Source: Oligoflexia bacterium (GTDB lineage: Bacteria > Bdellovibrionota > UBA1018). From it: a stretch of 32,782 bases of DNA. Of the stretch, positions 30,727-32,782 are shown in pieces; within the stretch, counting starts at the first letter, position 1; each line of letters opens with the position of its first letter. Under the pieces are notes generated by a model. It ran no database searches. It saw only the letters and a program-made list of their open reading frames with translations, and was not told where the DNA came from. The stretch lies in the NCBI GenBank assembly GCA_903858195.1, contig CAIOHW010000203.1, positions 1 through 32,782 on the forward strand, written 5' to 3'. Made by a program: the position numbers and the translations under genes.

Positions 30727-32782
30727 TCACGGAAACAACAGCGACCAGGCCAGGGCCTTCTCCTGCAAGGGTGAAATGGCCTGCTGCAGGTCAACTGCCG
30801 CCAGGGCCTCCGAAACCCTGCCCCTCGCCTGAAGAAGAATCATCATCTCCGGGCGTGAGCCAAGCTGGTCTTCGAACAGTTCGGTTGGAGTCGGAAGCTC
30901 GACCACCGCATTTCCGAGTTTCACGCTCCAAGTCCCCTGCTCGTTCCACACGAACTTCCAGTTCTTGCGAGTCACCTTCCTGAGCATCGAAACATCATTG
31001 CTCAGGTTGAAGGCGACTGCGTAGGTAGCCACCGTCATTTGGGTTGCCGCAAGCTCCTGGTGCATCGAGTAGAGCACGAAGTTTCGGGCCAGCGTGGCGT
31101 TGCCCTGGATGAGGCATAGTGCGTTTGACGGGGCCTTCGAGCAGTCGGGAGTCTCATCCATGCGATCTCCGATTTCGGCGTAGAGGCCGGCAAGCGCCGC
31201 CTCGCCCGTGAGCACCGATTGCTGGGCGATTGCGATATCAAGCCAGTGGCGTGCACCTTCGAGGATCTGCCTTCCCTTCACGCTCCCGTAACTGGGGGGT
31301 GAGGCCAGGAGCTCATCGAGCGTCTTCACGCGCGGAAATCCGGATTCCTGACGCTCGATGAGATCGAAGTACGGCACGACCTGAAGCGCCCAATCGATGT
31401 ACTGCACCAGCGCATCGGGAGCGATCAGCTGGTTCATCAGGCCAGTGGCAAAACCGCCGCTGATGGCCTTTTGCAGGCGCAAATGCCTGGTCTTTTGGAC
31501 CAGATGGTCGCTCGTCCCGCTCGGCAGGGTGAGTGCCGCAAGCATCTGCAGCTCGCTCAAGCCCGCAGCAGCCTGGGTGGCCGGAGACAACGAGTAGTTG
31601 AGCAGCGGAAGGTAGGCTTCCGAGACAAACCTTCCATACGCACCATCCGGCCGCTCATAGCTCTGAAGTTGGAGCACGCTTGGGGCAAAAAACGGGCTGC
31701 TCAATGCCTCAACGATTCCAAGCTCACACTGGTTGAACTCCTGGCGGTACTCGGCAAAGTGCTTCCGGATGTTCTCCAGTGAGCTGCCGTTTCCATAGCT
31801 GGAGCGAGACCGGATGAAGCTGTCGCACTTCCAGAGGTCGCGAAGCAGGTCCGCCCGAAGCAAGACGCGGTTGTAGATGACATCCTTCTGGATCTCGGCC
31901 AGACGCTCCTGGGTCTGCTCATGGCTCTGCTCGATCTGCTCGGAGAGCTCCTGCAGGCCCTTGAACAACTTGCCCTGGCCGTCGAGGAGAAGATTCTGTC
32001 CCCGAATCAGGTGATTCAGCCCCTCAGCAAGGTTTTCCTGTCCCTGCGCAAGCTGCTTGAGCTTGCCCATGACCTGAATGTGGCGCACGGATCCCGTATC
32101 AGGCCGGCCAAATCCCACGACGCCAAGCACGCTAGAAGCTGCAGACAGATAGCCCGTCCCTGACACGGCGGCAGTGAACACCTTCACTCCGGCCCGCGCA
32201 GCCACGAGTGCATGCTGGATCTTTGCGGTTACCTTCCCGTCCATCTTGCCCAGGACTGCCGCCTGCAAGAGAAGCTCTGCTCCGTTCAGGTAGTCGGCTG
32301 CATGAGCCTCGAACTGCTGGCGCTTTTGAACGAGCTCGATCTTCTTGATCTCCTGCTCACGCTCCCGGGGGCTAAGGCCCGAGACCATCCCGCCCTTGAG
32401 CGCCCTGAGCTGCTCGGCCGGAGTCATGCGCCCGAAGGTAAAGGCCTCCAGAAACCCCATGGTCTTTGCCATCCGCTTCACATCGCCCTGAGTGCTCGCT
32501 GCTTCTTCGGCAAGCTCCTTCATGGAGTCTTGAATCTCTTTTTGAGTTTCGTTCATCCGGCTAAGTGACTCGTTCGTGGCGCGGGCGTAGTCCACGAGCG
32601 CACCCGAGAGGGCCATCACGCGCTCGCGATTGTCCTCGATGCTTGCGTCCTGATGTTCGTTTCTTTCGCGGTTATCGGCCTGATTCTTTGCCATTTGGCC
32701 CACGGCGGCTTCGGCAATGAATCCGACAAACGCGGCCCGCTTGGCGGCGCCATCGGCCGAACCCTCACTGCCATCCGAAAAC
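30727..32782 (-). CDS. Large orphan protein (>680 aa) with coiled-coil-like N-terminal third; 5' end probably outside the window
   Basis: The track ORF 30727..32703 begins at a GTG. The same frame stays open (FSDGSEGSADGAAKRAAFVGFIAEAAVGQMAKN...) to the window edge at 32782. It has Q/E/K-rich heptad-like stretches (LKQLAQGQENLAEGLNHLIRGQNLLLDGQGKLFKGLQELSEQIEQSHEQTQERLAEIQ). I recognise no family motif. Confidence 0.6.
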   Translation of the reverse strand, partial: FSDGSEGSADGAAKRAAFVGFIAEAAVGQMAKNQADNRERNEHQDASIEDNRERVMALSGALVDYARATNESLSRMNETQKEIQDSMKELAEEAASTQGDVKRMAKTMGFLEAFTFGRMTPAEQLRALKGGMVSGLSPREREQEIKKIELVQKRQQFEAHAADYLNGAELLLQAAVLGKMDGKVTAKIQHALVAARAGVKVFTAAVSGTGYLSAASSVLGVVGFGRPDTGSVRHIQVMGKLKQLAQGQENLAEGLNHLIRGQNLLLDGQGKLFKGLQELSEQIEQSHEQTQERLAEIQKDVIYNRVLLRADLLRDLWKCDSFIRSRSSYGNGSSLENIRKHFAEYRQEFNQCELGIVEALSSPFFAPSVLQLQSYERPDGAYGRFVSEAYLPLLNYSLSPATQAAAGLSELQMLAALTLPSGTSDHLVQKTRHLRLQKAISGGFATGLMNQLIAPDALVQYIDWALQVVPYFDLIERQESGFPRVKTLDELLASPPSYGSVKGRQILEGARHWLDIAIAQQSVLTGEAALAGLYAEIGDRMDETPDCSKAPSNALCLIQGNATLARNFVLYSMHQELAATQMTVATYAVAFNLSNDVSMLRKVTRKNWKFVWNEQGTWSVKLGNAVVELPTPTELFEDQLGSRPEMMILLQARGRVSEALAAVDLQQAISPLQEKALAWSLLFP

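Noticed and set aside
1-32782. Search for CRISPR arrays, insertion sequences, integrases, toxin-antitoxin pairs, restriction-modification systems or other defence islands, rRNA/tRNA genes and DGR-like template/variable repeats.
   Set aside because: I found no regularly spaced direct repeats, no transposase, recombinase or reverse-transcriptase motifs and no long near-identical DNA duplications. The RCC1 repeats and flagellin paralogs are diverged. The compositional profile looks uniform apart from short AT-rich promoter regions.

Overview
GC-rich, densely packed bacterial chromosomal segment. Gene content and the very short 277-281 aa flagellins suggest a motile Bdellovibrionota/deltaproteobacteria-like organism, but the taxon is inference only. 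I support about 33 protein-coding genes. I found no rRNA, tRNA, CRISPR array, transposase, integrase or phage module. Most genes are housekeeping: RNase R (partial, left edge), RNase PH, RNase J, uridine kinase, BirA, NadC, RsmE, HldC/RfaE-II, an MltD-like transglycosylase, an M14 carboxypeptidase, an SDR, a GNAT and an AEC permease. The less ordinary parts are listed here. (1) Three tandem minimal flagellin genes (6340-9498) have long structured leaders with paired GGA motifs at the Shine-Dalgarno site, which looks like CsrA-type control. They are followed by an RmlD-like SDR whose catalytic Tyr is Phe, an orphan protein, and a RomR-like REC/Pro-rich protein. (2) A near-consensus sigma-28 (FliA) promoter drives a free-standing 82-aa His/Cys protein (18800-19102), with a perfect 11-bp palindrome next to it. 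(3) A 1006-aa lipoprotein carries Ig-like, Calx-beta-like and 14 RCC1 repeats (a predicted double propeller) and sits divergent from a beta-barrel-like protein. (4) A membrane protein, an amidohydrolase and a membrane-anchored creatininase-family protein form a cluster, followed by a >680-aa orphan coiled-coil protein that runs off the right edge. No recognisable defence or mobile system is present, and every novelty claim below is a hypothesis from sequence reading only. Several start codons were reassigned from the longest-ORF track using RBS position, neighbouring-gene boundaries or N-terminal sequence features and remain uncertain.
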